Below, in pieces: positions 60,786 through 64,000 of a stretch of 64,000 nt of DNA. Source of the stretch: Raillietiella orientalis (taxonomy: Eukaryota). The position numbers and the translations under genes are program-made. A model generated the notes under the pieces. The model saw only the letters and a program-made list of their open reading frames with translations. It did no database searches and had not been told where the DNA came from. The DNA is taken from positions 1,798,001 to 1,862,000 of the forward strand of contig JAYWIR010000012.1 of assembly GCA_036172245.1 (NCBI GenBank), in the 5' to 3' direction. Position 1 is the stretch's first letter; every line of letters starts with the position of its first letter.

Positions 60786-63700
60786 ATTTCGGGGCACTTA
60801 GCGTCGTTCAGATCGATGGGAAAAACTCTTTTAATTTTCCCGAGGAACTGGTGGTCCCTCCTTTGTGCTTGGTCACTTCGGTGTTCCCGGTGTGGTGAAA
60901 ACAGGACGCGTTGCTGTTCCCAAACCGGAGCTTCCGTGCCATTCAGCGCTTTGTTTCCGGGAAATCCCCGAACTGTTCCAGGTTTTGGGATGTGGAGGTT
61001 GTCTTCAGCGCCAGGACATCACCAAGGTCCTGCTGCAGCGATTCTTCGACCTCTTTTTGCTTTGCCTTGGGAACCGCGTTCCCAACTCATTTGTTCATTG
61101 TGGTTTTGAGCGAACGCTCCGGAGCGACGGCATGGAGAATCTTCGGTTTGCAGCCTCTCACTTCAGGGTCGAAGCTTGCAGCGCGTACCAGCCTTTGGGG
61201 GATGCCTGCCACCACACTCTGGCACGCTGACTCCTCGATCCTCAGGAAATCTGGTCGAGAATTGGCACCTCAGCATGCGAATTTGTGGGTCTTGTCAGCA
61301 TTCCTGCGAGTCAGCTGTACCACCCCCAAGCGAGACTTTTCTGACACCAGCCGAGTTCCCAAGTAGTCGCACAAACAAGAAAAAGAAAAAAAGATATTAA
61401 TTTTGCATGATCGGATGCGAGGTCATACGAGATTATGGAGTCAGAGGAACACCGTGAATCTTCTACCACTGCCACCAGCCCCTTCTTTTCTCCCCATGGA
61501 TCCCATCAATAAAGTCGAATGTGAAAACTTGCAGCATAAAAGTCACGCTATCATCCCTTGGCCAACTTTTCCCTGACCGTGCTGCTTCGACTGGAGGCAG
61601 CTGTCAGCTTGTCCCCGTTGAGCGCTGCTATGGCTCCACCAACTAACTTTCCTCCACCGATGGCGCGCTCGAGTCGACTCCAGCGCACAGTCGGGTGCAA
61701 ACAGCCCAGCCGGAAAAGAACACGCACGTCCCGTCCACAGCTCTCGGACCCTGAATCGGAGGTGGAGGCCGTCCCGGCCGACGGTGCAACCAGCACCATC
61801 GTGCGTCGGAGCCAGCCGAAGCGGGAAGGAGGGGGCAGCCCGAAGTGAAAAGACCACAGAGGTCGCCTCGCGTGACACTTCTCACCAGAGAGGAACCCGT
61901 TTTGTTGATCCCTTTCTCTGCCCTCTTTTCTCTGTTTCATCCCCACATTGAGATGAGGGGCCCACGGACTGTTGAGGAGGGCCCTGATGGGCACCGTACG
62001 GACCAAAGTCCGAATTGACAAATATTGTCGGACTCCTCATCCTGTTGCTAGGGAGGATAGAACTGTAGCTCTATCCTTCAGAAGATGGACAGGAGTGTGG
62101 AGCCAGAACTGGTGCCCCCTTGCTGACCACATGATAGGGGAAGAGACCGGTTGCGAGGAGTCAGGTTTCCTCCTAACCAGGCGACCGGAAATGGACGGAG
62201 CCGTTGGGGTGAATCAGCTTCCCTCCTTGTTGGCGACCATATCATACGTCTCCTGCATCCCCCATGAACCTCATTTCCTCGGTCAATTCCTGGGAGCATC
62301 CAATGATTGGCATCCCGGTTCATCTCTTCCTAGGAAGGACCTACCTTCAGAGGAAGAAAGCGAAGGTGCGTTGGCGCTCCCTGTTGAGGGAAAGAGAAGG
62401 AATGAAATAGTAAAGGAGGAGGAGAGAAGGGGATGGAGAAAGGGAAGAAGAGGAAGGGGGTGGAGGAAAAGGAGACTCCACGTGTGGTCTCTTTCGCTGG
62501 AGCGGACGGCACCGAGATAGGGAGGAGGCGGGGAAAGTCCACCCATTCCGACCATCACCTCAGACTACGCCGCTCCCCGAATTCCTCCGCATTTTTCTCC
62601 GGTCCTTGGGAGGAGTCCGAGGAAGTCGCTGCCCGCCAGGACTCCCCCATCTTCTCTTCCGATCCTACCCAATCGCCTGCCTCACTCCAGACGTCCGGAC
62701 TACCGTGAGGTGCCGCCGCTGCTGCCTCTTTGTGATGCCCTGGACACGCCTGTTCCACCCCCTGTGACGACTCCTTCCGGTGGTGGAAGTCGCGCCTCGA
62801 CCGGATCCTTCCATTAGTGGTGGGGTCCGACAACACGGTCCGCTTCAGCGCCTCCGGAAGAGGCAGATCTACCTCCTTTCTTCAATCTGGGAAGCCAGGA
62901 GTGAGCACCCATGGACACGAGTTATTGGGGCTGTCGTGTCTCTTCGGAAGGTTCCCCGGAGGAAGCACATTCCGAGCACAGATCACCCACATCCTCTCCT
63001 AAGGGGCGGGCCGTGCCCTGCCGGCAGGGACAGACCGGCTCCGCCGCGAAGAAAAACGTCGCCCCTGAGGGCAATCACAGACCCATCAACCTCCAAGGGA
63101 AGGAGCCTCCACCCTCCGTCCTTCTCTTTCCATTCTCCCTCTCCCTTTTCCTCCCGAACTCCTTGGAGCTGAATGCAAGAACGGCATCCAGCTTAGCGCG
63201 CATCCCCTTTAATGTTCGGCAGTGGCTGAGAGGGTGGGAGGCAGGAATGGTGGATCCCGAAAAGAGAGAATAGCAAGAAGATCGCATTCCGAGAGACCCC
63301 TGGAGCTGAGGGTCGGGTACGGATCCAGGAGAAGAGGGAGAAGCCCGAAGAAAATGGCCTGTCCGCCCCGGTCAGCATACGGTAGCCTCTATGGGGAGGG
63401 GGAGGAGAATAGCCTCCCTTCCCCACCCCTTGCATCCCCAAGGATCTTCCGAGGCGTCCAGATTCCCTTTCCACCTCTGGTGTCCGGGACTTGCGGCGCA
63501 GGCGGTAGAAGAAGGAGGGGAGGAGAGGTTCATCTACGACCTCTTGTCTCTTGCATCGTTGTGACATCTGTCCGCAAAGCTCAGAACTGACGCTCTTGCA
63601 AAGTCCTGTCGCTGCGGCGCTCACTTCGGCGACACCTGCGTTCGCACTCACGAATCCGCCCTCGCTGAGGCTGTTGGTGGGAAACGCACCCCCCTATATC

Positions 63701-64000
63701 ACACATACACACACCCCACGGCGCGACCGGCACTTTGCGATCGGTTCCCGGGCGACCTGGGCGTGAAGCGAAGTGATCCTCCTCCTCCCACCCCGAATGC
63801 GTATGTTTTGATGCGGGCGCGTGCTTGCGTGCCGCGCGACCTTATGCGCTACCCCGTGCACTTTCGAAGCACGCAACGAAGGCGAGGGGGCAGCAAGAGC
63901 GGTCGGCAGGTCCGTGCCATGGGAGGAAGCGTTTCAGGAAGCACGCAGCCTCCTCCTCCGCCCGCTGCTCGGTAAGAAGATCCTGATCACCCACGGGAAG

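Noticed and set aside
59741..61300. Possible decayed Mutator-like transposase interrupted by SINE copy 5 (DKTHKF, FHMLQ)
   Set aside because: Motifs too short and spacing inconsistent; needs BLASTX.
1..64000. CRISPR array, rRNA, operons or prokaryotic defence system
   Set aside because: No regularly spaced repeats, rRNA or operon structure; spliceosomal introns and a ttk-type BTB indicate animal DNA.

Overview
Eukaryotic, most likely arthropod, genomic DNA; most ORFs in the supplied track are GC-rich noise. Well-supported genes: (1) an intronless testis-specific Ser/Thr kinase (TSSK family, 36079-36963, +). (2) A minus-strand tramtrack-type BTB gene with five common coding exons (47302-46361) that end in phase 1 and feed at least three alternative terminal exons: two pipsqueak-type HTH domains and one piggyBac-type Cys-rich zinc finger. 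The intron after the last common exon holds a candidate docking element. It is perfectly complementary (15 bp) to a selector before exon B and imperfectly complementary to one before exon C, suggesting exon choice by competing RNA pairing. Less certain: a spliced single-pass membrane protein gene divergent from TSSK (34656-30750, -) and a second spliced membrane-protein gene (~12.2-12.6 kb, +). Several predicted introns are only 40-51 nt. Repeats: a tRNA-derived SINE family (5 copies plus 1 fragment), 5'-truncated L1/Tx1-like LINE relics (5 copies) and two unclassified inverted-repeat systems. All gene models were read by eye and need RNA-seq confirmation.
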